Source: Bacteroidales bacterium
GTDB taxonomy: Bacteria > Bacteroidota > Bacteroidia > Bacteroidales > UBA12077
Length of the DNA stretch: 64,000 nt
NCBI GenBank assembly: GCA_018334675.1
Contig: JAGXLL010000004.1
Location: forward strand, 35,522 to 99,521
Direction: 5' to 3'
The position numbers and the translations under genes were made by a program. The notes under the pieces were generated by a model that did not search any database, was not told the DNA's origin, and saw nothing but the letters and a program-made list of their open reading frames with translations. How positions within the stretch are numbered: the first letter of the stretch is position 1; every line of letters begins with the position of its first letter. Of the stretch, positions 44,539 to 57,200 are shown piece by piece.

Positions 44539-47500
44539 TTAATTGTTTTCAGAATCTAAGACTGGAAAATTATGCAGCAGGGTGACATTGCCCATCTTTT
44601 CGAAGGTGCTGCCATTGCTGTATTTGCCTTCAGCCTTATAGATGTAAACGTCCTGGGGCAAGAGCTCACCTTCAAAATATCCGTCCCAGCCGATGCGGAA
44701 ATCATCACTGATGAAAAGCCGCTCACCCCATTTATTAAAGATCTCCAGCTTATACTCGACCACTCCTTCTCCTATCGGATGGAAGATGTCGTTATTCTGA
44801 TTGGTGGGATCATCGGGCTTCCAGTGACCCTGGCTTGGACCGCTCCTGCTGGGGGTAAAGGCATCGGGAAACTGGATGAAGCCCTTGCCTTCCACCTGCA
44901 CCAGATCCTCTTTTCTTAGTGAGTCAGAGCAGGTATGGATTATTTCATCCCAGCCCTTATATTTTTGGGAAGCGGTAAGCACCACATCGTAGGTACCCAG
45001 TTCCTCATAGACATGCTCGGGATTTTTCTTATCGGAGGTACCTCCATCCCCAAAATTCCAATGATAGCTCTCTGCGTAATTGGTGTAGTTGAAGCAATGC
45101 ATGATCTGGTCGGGCAGCATTACAAGCTTGGGATCCACATCAAAGTCCACTTCAGGAACTTTAAAAACCTGGATGGTATCGGTGGCCACATCGCTTCCAC
45201 CTGCACCCGTTGCTTTGAGGGATACATAGTAGGTGCCGGCCGAATCATAAACATGATTGGGGAACTGGCCCTTACCGGTTGTACCATCGCCAAAATCCCA
45301 GGAATACTCATAGGTCTCGTTGGTCTGGTTGACAAATGGCGACTCGGCCCCTGTAAAACTCACCTCGTGCGGTTCACATCCGTCTGGATCATCTATGGCA
45401 AAGTTGGCATAGGTTCGCGGGGGAAGTATCTGCACCTGCTTGCTGATGGTATCCAGGCAGTGCGAAGTGGTGCTCTGCACTTCCAAACCAATGGTATAAC
45501 TATTCCATACATCATAATCGTGGTAGTTGGGGGAGCGAGCATTATACTTCTGGCCATCGCCGAAATCCCACTTATAATCCCATGGCCCCGAATTAGAGGC
45601 ATTGGCGATAAACACCCGGTTCTCCGGCCATTTCTGAAGCTGCGGCGTTGCCGTGAACTGAGCATTGGGCTGGGCATAAACCTCTACCGGTTTGGTAACG
45701 GTATCCTTGCACTGGAAAGCCGAACTGGAGATAAGCTGAACATCATAAGTAGTATCTGATCCACTGGTATTGACAAAACGGTGTATGGGGTCTTCCTGGC
45801 TGGATGAGGATCCGTCGTCAAAATCCCACAGGTAATGATCGGCATTCTGACTGTTATCGGTCAATGCCACCGGATGCGGATGGCAATCGGCCGGATTGTC
45901 CATAGTGAAATCAGCAATCACTTCCGGATACACGTTCAATATCAAAGAAGTGCTGTCGACACAACTCCGGTTGCTTTCCACATACAACTCCAGGTTATAA
46001 TTCTTAACGGTATTGGTGTTGTTGCCTCCATAGGAATAGTCGGTCACCACGTCATCGGTGGTGTTGGTATTTCCATCGCCAAAGCGCCATTCGAAGGAGC
46101 TGTGTCCGATGGATTGATTCTCCATGGTAGTGAGCAGTGGCGGACAGGAAGCTGTGGTATCAATGTCAAAACGTGCCCGGGGCTGATGGTAAACCGTTAT
46201 GCTCTTACTGGTGTCGTGCCGGCAGTTATAGGGTGAGATCACCTCCAGATCGATGGTAAAGGAAGTGTCGTTGACCCGGTCGTAGTTGGTAAAGGTATGT
46301 GTGGGCTGTGTAGCCGATGAGGTAGCACCATCCCCGAAACTCCAGCTATAGGTAGTATTGGCCGGAACGGATGCCTGATCCGAGAAGTCGATCTCCAGGG
46401 GGCTACACCCTTCCACCCGGCTCATGCCAAAATCGGCATCCACATCGTGGTACACGGTAATGGTATCCCCGTATACAGAGGCACATCCGTGTGGGTTTTC
46501 CGCTCTCAGCTGCACATCATAATAACGCAACGTGGGATCCTGATTGGTGAAGGTATAGCTAAAATCGGAGGTATCTGTCGGGGCGCTTCCTACCGCACCG
46601 CCATCCACCGACCATTGATAGGTGTTGTTCAGGTTACCTGTCGAAGTATTATCGAAGGTCACATCATAAGGCGGGCAGCCCTCGTCCTGAGCAATCTTAA
46701 AATCAGCCCGCACCTTGGAATAGACCGTAATATTTTGTAAGGCGGTATCGGTGCAACCGTAAGGCGTCGATGCCATATAGCGTACACGATAGATGGTATC
46801 TCTAACCGCCGGGTTGGTGAACTCATGGCTGGGGTCCTCGAGGTTGCTGGAAGCGCCGTCTCCAAATTCCCAGCTGAAGGAGCCGGCAGTAGGATTGTTC
46901 TCCTCAAACTGAACGGTAAGGGGGTTACAGCCTCGAATGGTATCCTGCGTAAACCGGGCATTCAGGGATGAGTGGACCGTGATTTCTCTTTGCAGGGTAT
47001 CGTAGCAATGGCCATTGGTCACGATCAGGGTCAGACTCTTATCCTGCGAGGAACCGGAGGTATTGATATAGGTGATGGGAAAGCCCACGGTGGTGGTTGT
47101 AGAATCGGCGTCACTCAGGGTGAGCGAAGGATCATGATCCCAGAACCAATAATATTGATTGATTCCACCGGTGGAATTGTCGGTGATGGATATATTCAGG
47201 GGCGAACAACCGCTGTTTCTGTCCACCTCAAAATCCGCCTGGATAAAGGGGTGCACCTCTACCGTATCGGTGATGGTATCCCGGCAGTTATATGGGCTGA
47301 TGGCCTGCAAACGGGTCAGGAAAAGGGCTGTGGTATCTCCTGAATGCAGAAAAGTATGAGTAGGTTCAAAATCCTTTGTGGAGAGCCCGTCACCGAAATC
47401 CCAGTGATAGGTCAGTCCGCTGTTATCGGCTGTATTGCTGTAGGCTGAAAGGTTATCGAAGGTCAGCTCGAAGGGGTTGCAGCCGAGGGCATCCAGGGGT

Positions 47501-50500
47501 GTATAATCGGCCGTTACTTCAGGATAGACCACCACACGGCGTTTCATGGTATCGGAACACCCCAATCCATTATCTGCAATCAGCGTCAGCTGGAGGGTAT
47601 CGATGGTGCCGTGGGTGTTGGTGTAGGTTTTAGTGAATCCTCCGGCGAAACCGGTGGTATCGGCGGCCGGTATGTGGGCATCATCCCAGAACCAACGATA
47701 ATTGCCGCCGCTGGAATAGTTGTTCACCTGTATCTCCAGCGGTGAACATCCTGCACCGGTTGAGATGGTAAAATCAGCCTCCACAAAGGGATGGACCCTA
47801 ACGCGGTCGACCAGGGTATCGGCACAACCATATGGATTCGAGACCCGCATAGAAACCGGGAAAACAGCCGTGGTATCGCCGGTATGGGCAAAGCTGTGAT
47901 CGGGTTCATAAAGGCTTGAAGTGCTCCCATCCCCAAAATCCCAGTCGTAAAGCAAGCCCGTGGTATCGCCGGTACCAACATATTCGCTTTGATTGCGAAA
48001 GGCCACTTCCGCCGGATTGCAGGCCAGGGTATCCAGGGGCTGCCAGGCAGCTGTGACATGCGGATAGACAATGATGTTCCGGTGAACGGTATCCTGGCAG
48101 CCATCTTCGTTTTCGACTATCTGCCGCAAACGCAGGGTGTCGGGAACAGTACCTGTATTTTGGAAGGTACGGGTGAAATAGTTGTCGGTGATCGTGCTGT
48201 CGGTATGGCCATCCTCATCAAAATCCCAGTAAACACTGTCTATACCTCCCTCTGAGGTATTCTCAAAGTGAACCTCAAAGGGCGAACAGCCGTTGGTCTC
48301 TTCTACCTTGAAGTCGGCCTTGATATAGGGAGATACGGTTATTTGAGAAGAGGCGCTGTCCTGGCACCCATGAGGAGAGGTGACGGTCAGCTGAACCTGA
48401 TATACCGTATCGGCAGGGTTGATGTTGTCGAACAGATGCCCGGGCTCGTAACGGTGAGACGCTCCCCCGTCACCAAACTCCCAGTCATAGCTCAGGCCGG
48501 TGGTATCATTCGTTGTCATGCCGGTATACCTTGACTGGTTTGTGAAGGATACCGGCAAGGGATTGCATCCATCCATATCTCCGGGGGTATATTCAGCAGT
48601 CACCTCAGGGTAGACGTACACTGTACGGGTAAGGGTGTCGTAGCAATGGCCGTTGCTTACACGAAGCTGTATATCAACGGTATCAATTTGGGTGGTAGCT
48701 GTGTCATAGAAATAGGTCAGCGGGGGGCTGGCCTTTCTGCTGTAAGTGGTATCGCTAAAGGACATGCCACTGGTCCCCGTAAAGCTCCAGAAAGCCGTAT
48801 CCACATCCCCGTGGGAATCATGCGAAATGCTCAATGGCAGCGGCGAGCAACCGGCTACGGTATCCACGGTAAAACCAGCATCAATATAGGATCGCACAGT
48901 AATATTTTCATAGGCCGTGTCCTTGCAATGGTAAGGTGAGGTAGCCACCATCTCAACATTATAAGTAGTATCTGTATTCTTGTTGTTGATATACTGGTGT
49001 TGAGGGGATGTTTGGGAAGACGAAGCGCCGTCTCCAAAATCCCACGTATAAGTATCCAGGTTGCCACTGGAAGTGTTGTTGAAGGATACATCCAATGGAT
49101 TACATCCAATGGTGGTGTTTTGATCAAATGAGGCGTTTATTTCCGGATACACCCTCACATCGCGCTGAAATTCATCCACGCAGCCACTGGAGTTGTTGGC
49201 CACCAGACGAAGCTGGTAGACTGTATCCGAATTGGTGGTATTCGGATAGGTATAGTAATGTATTGAATCTGAGTTATGGGAATCAACCGATTTATCATAA
49301 GTATAGTCCCAGTCATAATCATCCGCACCGGTGGTTTGATTGGCTATTTTCACTTCATGTGGTGCACACCCCATGGATTGATCGACCTGGAAGAAAGCAT
49401 CCACGTTCTCCACCACTTCCAACCTGACCCGTATGGAAGTGTCGGCATAACAGGCCCGCGTCATCTCCACATAATAATCGTGCACACCAACCGGAGGTAA
49501 AGCTTTGGGATTGGCAATGTAGTTGTCGGAAAGATAATCGGGGGGAGTCCATTCATAGGTAAGCCCGCCGGTAGCTAAGAGCTGAATGGTATCACCCTGG
49601 CAATTACCGGGTGAAATGTCAGAAGCTGTGGCTACATCTTGTGCCAGGCCTCTATTCTCAACAAAATCAGAAAAATATCCGTATTTACAACCAGTGGTGG
49701 ATCCCCCGTTTATCAGTCCCAGGTGGAAAACATCCTCCGTATTGTATACCTTGGTCACCTCATCCAGGGGAACGCCCCCTGTCTTGTCGTCGGTAAACAG
49801 TTTTTCATTGTTCTTCAACACATACCAGTTGGGCTTACCCGGAACCTGCTCAAATTTGTTCGGATCCAGATGATGGGTTGAACCGTCCTCGTACTCAAAG
49901 TAAAAATCGTCCTGGGCCCCGTCCCTGACCATCAGGTTTAAATAAAAGTCCTGGTCGTTGCTTCGGTAAAAGCTCACCTCAATCGAGCCGGTACAGCCGT
50001 CAATGGTGGGGAGAACTGCCCCTCCCATTTCACATCCAAAGCCGGTGAGATGATAAACATATACAGGTTTGCTGCCCCGGATGTGGGTTGCATTGTTGGT
50101 GATAGACTGCACAAAATACTGTCCGGCATCAAATGTACCCTGTGATGTACCATCCACAAATATCTCCGTACCGTCTTGTGTGGGTACCACATAAGCTCCT
50201 TCACCTGAAGAGAGTTTTCCCTTCATCACAATGTATTCATGTCCGGCTACCCCGGCAGGTACCATCTGGTCGCCGTTAAGGTCGCGACACCCATTGGGAT
50301 GGGCATCCGAATCGTCGCTGATGGTAACGGCAATATTTTCTCCAGATATCACTTCTAACTTTGAACCCAATAAGTGCTCAGGTCCTGTATTGCCGGCGGC
50401 TACAACAGAAAATGTTTCGCCTTTATCCAAAACGGGGGTAAGAAATGGTGTTCCGGCCGGATAAACGCCTCCACCAAACTTGGCCACATCCTGAGAAGGA

Positions 50501-51057
50501 GTAATCCGCACCTGGGTACCATCTGAAGTGGCTACAATATCGATGGCCGATAAGGGATCGGGATCGTAACCCAAATCATTGTCGAAGGTATTTTGAAAGG
50601 GAGTAAAAAAGACTTTCCCGAGAGCATTTTCCCCTTTCAGGGCAAAAATATCGGGATTATAATATTCATCCTCCTCATAATAGACAGTGATGTTGTTGCT
50701 GGATTCAATATGGATTCCCTTCTGAAGTACCTGATCATACGGGTAGTTTTCAATGTAGCTTATGCTATCCGTAAGATCGACTGTTTTCGATGTATTGGCC
50801 GGTATGGAGACATTGATCGGTTTGAAGCCAGTGGGATTGGTAACGGGATCAAATTCATTGGCAGGCTGGGTAATGGTAACATCTGCGGGAAGATCCATGG
50901 CAGAGAGCCGAAGATAAATGGGTTCGCCTCCCCCACCACTCGAGGGATGACCAGAGGTGATTTCGGGTGCCACAAACCAAAATTCGGTATCTGTTTGGGA
51001 AAAACAAAACTGGAAGCTCACGAGAGATAATAAGAAGAGAAGGATGACCTTTTTCAT
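44539..51057 (-). CDS. giant surface protein (~2172 aa): signal peptide, ~480-aa N-terminal beta-rich domain, about 17 PKD/Ig-like repeats, T9SS type B (gliding-motility-associated) C-terminal domain
   Basis: The start was set at MKKVILLFLLSLVSFQFCFSQ (51057). At least 11 canonical W(D/E)FGDG PKD motifs are present, plus degenerate ones. The C-terminus (FTPSR...NDIFHPIGEGV.EYKLEIFNKWGE.LF....GWDG...G...P..VY.Y) matches the type B sorting domain. Confidence 0.87.
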   Translation of the reverse strand: MKKVILLFLLSLVSFQFCFSQTDTEFWFVAPEITSGHPSSGGGGEPIYLRLSAMDLPADVTITQPANEFDPVTNPTGFKPINVSIPANTSKTVDLTDSISYIENYPYDQVLQKGIHIESSNNITVYYEEDEYYNPDIFALKGENALGKVFFTPFQNTFDNDLGYDPDPLSAIDIVATSDGTQVRITPSQDVAKFGGGVYPAGTPFLTPVLDKGETFSVVAAGNTGPEHLLGSKLEVISGENIAVTISDDSDAHPNGCRDLNGDQMVPAGVAGHEYIVMKGKLSSGEGAYVVPTQDGTEIFVDGTSQGTFDAGQYFVQSITNNATHIRGSKPVYVYHLTGFGCEMGGAVLPTIDGCTGSIEVSFYRSNDQDFYLNLMVRDGAQDDFYFEYEDGSTHHLDPNKFEQVPGKPNWYVLKNNEKLFTDDKTGGVPLDEVTKVYNTEDVFHLGLINGGSTTGCKYGYFSDFVENRGLAQDVATASDISPGNCQGDTIQLLATGGLTYEWTPPDYLSDNYIANPKALPPVGVHDYYVEMTRACYADTSIRVRLEVVENVDAFFQVDQSMGCAPHEVKIANQTTGADDYDWDYTYDKSVDSHNSDSIHYYTYPNTTNSDTVYQLRLVANNSSGCVDEFQRDVRVYPEINASFDQNTTIGCNPLDVSFNNTSSGNLDTYTWDFGDGASSSQTSPQHQYINNKNTDTTYNVEMVATSPYHCKDTAYENITVRSYIDAGFTVDTVAGCSPLPLSISHDSHGDVDTAFWSFTGTSGMSFSDTTYSRKASPPLTYFYDTATTQIDTVDIQLRVSNGHCYDTLTRTVYVYPEVTAEYTPGDMDGCNPLPVSFTNQSRYTGMTTNDTTGLSYDWEFGDGGASHRYEPGHLFDNINPADTVYQVQLTVTSPHGCQDSASSQITVSPYIKADFKVEETNGCSPFEVHFENTSEGGIDSVYWDFDEDGHTDSTITDNYFTRTFQNTGTVPDTLRLRQIVENEDGCQDTVHRNIIVYPHVTAAWQPLDTLACNPAEVAFRNQSEYVGTGDTTGLLYDWDFGDGSTSSLYEPDHSFAHTGDTTAVFPVSMRVSNPYGCADTLVDRVRVHPFVEADFTISTGAGCSPLEIQVNNYSSGGNYRWFWDDAHIPAADTTGFAGGFTKTYTNTHGTIDTLQLTLIADNGLGCSDTMKRRVVVYPEVTADYTPLDALGCNPFELTFDNLSAYSNTADNSGLTYHWDFGDGLSTKDFEPTHTFLHSGDTTALFLTRLQAISPYNCRDTITDTVEVHPFIQADFEVDRNSGCSPLNISITDNSTGGINQYYWFWDHDPSLTLSDADSTTTTVGFPITYINTSGSSQDKSLTLIVTNGHCYDTLQREITVHSSLNARFTQDTIRGCNPLTVQFEENNPTAGSFSWEFGDGASSNLEDPSHEFTNPAVRDTIYRVRYMASTPYGCTDTALQNITVYSKVRADFKIAQDEGCPPYDVTFDNTSTGNLNNTYQWSVDGGAVGSAPTDTSDFSYTFTNQDPTLRYYDVQLRAENPHGCASVYGDTITVYHDVDADFGMSRVEGCSPLEIDFSDQASVPANTTYSWSFGDGATSSATQPTHTFTNYDRVNDTSFTIDLEVISPYNCRHDTSKSITVYHQPRARFDIDTTASCPPLLTTMENQSIGHSSFEWRFGDGNTNTTDDVVTDYSYGGNNTNTVKNYNLELYVESNRSCVDSTSLILNVYPEVIADFTMDNPADCHPHPVALTDNSQNADHYLWDFDDGSSSSQEDPIHRFVNTSGSDTTYDVQLISSSAFQCKDTVTKPVEVYAQPNAQFTATPQLQKWPENRVFIANASNSGPWDYKWDFGDGQKYNARSPNYHDYDVWNSYTIGLEVQSTTSHCLDTISKQVQILPPRTYANFAIDDPDGCEPHEVSFTGAESPFVNQTNETYEYSWDFGDGTTGKGQFPNHVYDSAGTYYVSLKATGAGGSDVATDTIQVFKVPEVDFDVDPKLVMLPDQIMHCFNYTNYAESYHWNFGDGGTSDKKNPEHVYEELGTYDVVLTASQKYKGWDEIIHTCSDSLRKEDLVQVEGKGFIQFPDAFTPSRSGPSQGHWKPDDPTNQNNDIFHPIGEGVVEYKLEIFNKWGERLFISDDFRIGWDGYFEGELLPQDVYIYKAEGKYSNGSTFEKMGNVTLLHNFPVLDSENN
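44970..49420 (-). repeat. array of about 17 tandem PKD-like domain-coding repeats (~270 nt each; several two-domain duplications)
   Basis: Periodic GC.P..V.F.N.S and W.FGDG motifs are seen in the translation. The central units recur as pairs (VYPEVTA.YTP.D..GCNP ... V.P.I.ADF.V....GCSP). Confidence 0.8.
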
Positions 51058-51229
51058 AAATGTGACATTAGAACCGACAAGCCTGGAACAAATTTGCAAG
51101 TTCCTAAAACAAAAGGTTATAATTTTCGTACAATTGCTCAAAAATTTAATACGGATTACAACAAATAAGGTTTCTAAAATATCCCTTACCGGCCAATAAA
51201 CCACTAATTATGTTATAATATCTGTTACA

Positions 51230-54200
51230 ATGAAAAAGATATTTAAAATCACTGTTATTTCTTTCATTGCACTTTTCTATGCAGGGCATCCGGCTCTGTA
51301 TGCCCAGACTCAGGAAGATAGCATCATCTTTAACGAAAACTTTGAACTTCAGAGCAAACCAGCCAACTGGACTTATGAATATGTAGATGGCAATATAGAA
51401 TGGCAGTACCAGGAAGGTGGATACACCACCAATCCCGATATAGAAGGTAGTGGCCATCCCCCCTATGCTTTCCAGGGCGAAGGGAACGCCATGTTTCATT
51501 ATGCCAGCTATTCAGGAGAAACAACCAAACTAGTCACCCCGCCCATCGATTTGAAGTACGCAGTAAAACCTGAGCTGATTTTCTGGCATGCCCAGGATGA
51601 AAGGGAAAGCCTGGGTGAAAAAAACAATGATGAATTAAGATTGTACACCAAAAAATCAGGCGACAGCAACTGGACCTTACTTAAAACATATACCGAACTT
51701 GTAAAAGAATGGACCAAACGACAGGTCCTTTTGCCCGACAGCATATTAAGTGAAGATTTTTACCTTGCTTTTGAAGGCAAAACAAAAAATGGTTATGGCA
51801 CCTGCATCGACAGCGTCACCATCGTAGAAAGAGGAATTGCCTCCAAGTACATTGATGAAATCAATTACAGGCAACCTGTTACCGATTTTGTACCTACCAA
51901 TTCCAACAAAAACCGCATCATGCGAATCGATTTTGCAGTCGGTGGCAATGACGGAACACTGGAACTCGACTCTATTGGCATCACATCCCTGAATACCGAC
52001 GACAACAACATTACAGAAAACGGGGTAAAACTTTTTGCCTCCAGCGACACCTTATTTGTAAACAGCCAACAAATAGCTTCAGGAATTGGTTTCACCAATG
52101 GAAAGGCAATCTTTGACAACCTCAATTATGACCTGCCCGTGGGGTTGTCATCCGTATGGATTACTTATGATATCATGGAGGATGTGGACCATACCCTTCA
52201 AAACAACATCGTTGATGCTAAGATTAAAGCCAATGCCATTAAGATCAACAACGATACTTATCCGCTCATCAATAAATCGCCTTTGGGTGAGAGGAAAATT
52301 TTCGAATCCATCTTCTACGATAACTTTGAAAATGATAAGAACTGGGCATTGACAGGTGAGTTTGAAAGAAATCAACCGCAGGGACTTGGCGGGTCAATAG
52401 GATCGCCTGACCCCACCAATGCACCTTCAGGTCAATATGTTCTGGGAACAGATCTTTCCGGTTTGGGAAGCACCTCCGGTGATTATGAATTCGATCTTAC
52501 AGAAAAGGCCTATAAAGCCACATCCCCAATGTTCGATTGCTTTTATTACCAGGACATCTACCTTTATCTTGACAGATGGCTGAATGTGGACGGCTCGGAT
52601 AAGGTATACCTGGAAATCTCACATGATAATGGAAATACATGGGAGACTCTCTGGGAAAACAACAGTACCAGGACTGCTGACAACTGGTCAAATATCACTT
52701 ATGATTTAAAATCTTATATCAACCGTGTCGATAGTGTAAGGGTTCGTTTTAGTCTGGGACCCACCGACGGTTACTGGAATTTTTCTGGTTGGAACATCGA
52801 CAACATCTTTTTTACCGGTGATTATATCTCACAGGATGTGAGTATTACGGATTGGATCGCACCCCTTCAGCAGTGTCAGTACAACGGTCAGGCTGGTGTT
52901 CGTGTAAAAGTCAAAAACTTCGGGGGAGATCCAACCAGGGACACCATTCCTCTGGTCTATTCCTTCGACGGAGGAGAAACAGAGGTCAGGGACACCGTTT
53001 TTCAAAGTATCCCTGTAGGTGATTCTTTGGTCCACACTTTTTCAACTCCGGTAGATCTAAATCAACCTGCCCTTTATGAGAATGTATACGCCAAAACTGC
53101 TTTGCCCTCCGATGAGGTAGAGGATAATGACCGGTACAATTACGAATTGCTTATCCTACCAACATACAAGCCACCTTATGAAGAAGATTTTGAAAACACT
53201 CCTGATTATTTCTGGCAGGTAGGCGGAGAAAACAAAACCTGGACATATACTCAACCTGTTGGCTCCCATATAGATACAGCTGCATCGGGGCGGTTTGTCT
53301 GGGTAACCGATTCTTCCTTCTACTATCCAAACAACGATTCAACCTTCCTTGAATCGCCCTGTTTTAATTTTTCGGATATGAAAAAACCGGTTTTTGAATT
53401 CAAAATGATGACCGAGTTTGAGAAGGGAAAAGATGGCTTTGCTCTCTACTACTCAATAGACGATGGTGTAACATGGATCCTGGTTCCCAAGCAGGACACC
53501 TTCAAATGGAACTGGTACAATTCGGATAACATAGCTGCTTTGGGTACTGCGGGATGGGATACAACCACCAGTTCTTGGACCAGGGCCAGGCAGGTACTTC
53601 CCAGTGAACTGGAAGGACAGTCGCAAGTTAAATTCCGCTTTCTGATGGAAAGCGATGAGATCACCCAAAGAGAAGGAGCAGCCATCGATGACATCAAAAT
53701 CTATGAAGCCCCGCCGGATGTGGGGGTGAGTACCATGCCCTGGCCCGAGAGCCAGTGCGAGCTGAGCGATGCTGTGTATCCCGAGGTCTACATCACCAAT
53801 TTCGGCATCGACACACTTTTCGCAGGCGATTCCATACCCATCGCTCTGAAACAACAAGACAATGCTTTCATAAAGGACACCCTGGTCCTTTCCTCCTTCC
53901 TGGAACCCGGTGATTCGGTCCAATACACCTTCAAGGATTCACTGGACATGTCCTATTCAGGCGATTATCCCATGAAAATATACACCCACCTGGAAAATGA
54001 CCCTTTCTTCTATTCCGAAAACAACAACGACACCCTCGCACGAACCATTTCCGTTCTGGGAATGCCCCGATACGACATCGGGTATATTATAGGCACACCT
54101 CCACCGGTAGATACCACCCTGGATGCAGGTGCCGGCTACTCCAGTTACAATTGGAATACCGGGGCCACCACACAGACCATTGATGTGACTTCTACTGGCT

Positions 54201-57200
54201 GGTACAAAGTTACCGTGACTAACGACAATAGTTGTAGTGCCACCGATTCAGTAAAAGTAGTTGACTCGGAGATCAACACCGGCATCACCCAAATCATCAC
54301 ATCAATTGGTGACGCCTGTACCCATCCCAACCCTCTTGAATACACGGTTGAGGTCAGCAACATGGGATTGACCGACCTGAATGCGGGCGATACCATTCCC
54401 ATGGCTTATCAAATAAACGAACAGGAACCGGTGGCCGACACCATGTTCCTTTCCGGCTCTGAATCCCTGACCACCACAGCTCCGGACAGCACCATCCAGT
54501 TCTCCTTTGCGGAAAAACTGGATCTCAGCGAACCGGGCACATATGAACTAAAATTCTACACCAATTTCAGCGAGGATTACGACCGCCGTGACGATACCGC
54601 GACAACCACGGTAAACACCTGGGGCTACCCCGACACCGAGCTGCGCTATGATACGTTGCTGACCACCCAGGCCGACACCCTTACACTCGATGCAGGGTCA
54701 GGTTTTGACAGCTATCAGTGGCAGGACGGCTCGTCCAGTCAAACTTTCAACATCCAGCACAACAGGAGTCAATGGTACAAAGTTGTGGTAACGGATATAC
54801 ATGGATGCGGAGATGATGCAGATTCCACACACGTCATTGCCTCCGACATCGGCATCGATTCCCTGGTGCATCCATTGAACAGCTGTGAATTCACCAGTTC
54901 GGAACAGGCTGTGGTGCGCATCCGAAACCACAGTGCCGATACACTGCTGGCCGGTAGTATAATCCCTGTGGGTTTGCATGTAAACGGCACTGCCTATAAC
55001 GACAATGTAAGCCTGGCCGACAGCATCATGCCCGGCGGTTATTCCAATGTCACCCTGGATCCGGTCTTTGACATTTCTGCACCAGGAGCCCACCAGTTCC
55101 GTGTTTATACCAGCATAACACCGGATGCCAACCACAGCAACGACACCCTTCAAAAAGAGATACATACCTGGGGCTATCCGGATGTTGAGCTTGCACGCGA
55201 CACCATTTATACCACACAGGCCGATACAGTTGAATTTTCTGCAGGCAGCGGGTTTGACTCATATACCTGGCAGGATGGTTCGGGCGGGGAAATCTATGAG
55301 GTTTCAAAGAAATATTCAGCCCTATATAAGGTAACCGTCTCCGATGCCCACGGTTGCGGAACAGACAGCGATTCCACACAGATCTTCACCTACGACCTGG
55401 GTATATCGGAAATGACTTCACCCAAAAGCGATTGCGAACTGAGCGATGCCGAACCCATCCGGATCAAAGTTAAAAATTTCAGCAGCGACACCCTGAAAAG
55501 CGGGGATAAGATTCCCATGGGTTACCAGGTGGAGGGAGGTCCGCTTAACCGCGATACCCTGACTTTGGCAGACATGTTGTTGCCTGGAAATTCAATATCA
55601 CACACTTTTAGCCAGAAAGCGGATCTCAGCAACCTGGAGACGACCTATCGCTTCGATATATTTGTTGATCACCCGCACGATGCCAACATGTCCAACGATA
55701 CCCTGCTGGATGCCGTCAAAACATTTGGATACCCGGAGTTTAGCCTAAATTATGATACCCTTGTCACCACCCAGGCCGATACGGTGAAGCTTTTCGGAGA
55801 CATAGACGAAAATGCCTACCTGTGGCAGGATGGCACCAATACGGATACCTTCTATGTCGACCGCAACACCACGGAGACCTACCACCTGACCGTCACCGAC
55901 CTGAACGGATGCAGCTGGCGGGATACCACCGAGGTGATCACCTACGACCTGGCAGTGGATTCCATCATCAACCCGGTGGCTGCCTGTGAACATGGATCAG
56001 CCGAGTCCCTCACCATCCAGGTGAAAAACAACGGACAGGACACCCTGCTTACAGGCCGTGCCCTGCCCCTGGGTTACCGCTTCAACGGTAGTTCAAACTC
56101 TTACGAGGACCATATGCTGGTAAAGGACCTGCATCCCGATTCCACGTTCAGCCATACTTTTGGCGAGACATTCGACATGACCGGTCTCGGGACATATGAA
56201 TTCACAGCATTCAGCGCAATGAGCAACGACGCCCGGCGGGCCAACGACACCATGAGGTGGAATGCCGATCATTACGGCTACCCCCAGGTAGATCTGGGCC
56301 CGGACACCCTGTTCACCAACCAGGCCGATACAATTACCCTCGAAGCTCCCCCGGGCTACGACAGCTATCTCTGGCAGGACGGCTCAACAGGAGAAACCTT
56401 CTCAATCACCTCCAAAGCATCCAGGCTCTATCATGTTACCGTGACCAATGATAACGGCTGTTCCGTGAGCGATTCCGTCCGAATCATTGCCACCGACATC
56501 GAGATGCTCTCCGTGCTCACACCGCAATCGGGTTGCGGACTGGGCCACCAGGAAGAGGTAACCGTGGAACTTTATAACAACTCTGCCAGCAGCATCCCCG
56601 GAGGGGAGACATTCACACTGACCCTGATCACTCCCCAGGGTACCATCCACGACGATGTGATGAACCTCTCCAATGCTTTCCAGGCAGGCGACACCCTGGA
56701 GTTCACCTATACCAGGAATGTGGATCTTTCCCTGGCGCAGACCTATGAACTGGAAGTTTATGTCGACTATGAAAAAGATTTCACAGGAGCCAACGATACG
56801 ATCCGGAAAAACATTGAAGCCCTGCCTACGCCCCGACCAGACCTGGGGCCGGACACCTCTGTTACGGCCGGAGAGTATACCCTGGATCCCGGAGCTTTTA
56901 CCCAGTATCTCTGGCACGACGGATCGCAAAAAAGCACTTTCACCATCACAGCCCAAAACACTACAGCCGACAGCCTATACTACGTAGAAGTTACCAACGA
57001 GGCAGGTTGCAAAGCCAGCGACACGGTGAAGGTGGGCATGACAGTCTACGATCTGAGTATATCGGCCATCGCCAGTCCCGGTAACCTCTGCCGTCCACAA
57101 AATGACACCACCGTGTCCTTTACCCTGGAAAATACAGGAAACCAGGTCATTCCTTCCGACAGCCTGATCTCCGTCGCCTATCAGTTGGACAACCAGGGAG

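Noticed and set aside
51058-51204. N-terminal extensions proposed by the track (51204 for the giant gene; likewise 12565, 39014, 26062 and 26955)
   Set aside because: In each case an internal Met begins a canonical signal peptide or a conserved N-terminus (MKKVILLF..., MSGLTIYKASAGSGKT, MIEIIPAIDL, MHLRKTLLW..., MTRAIGYTF...). The extension overlaps a terminator, an upstream gene or an intergenic repeat.
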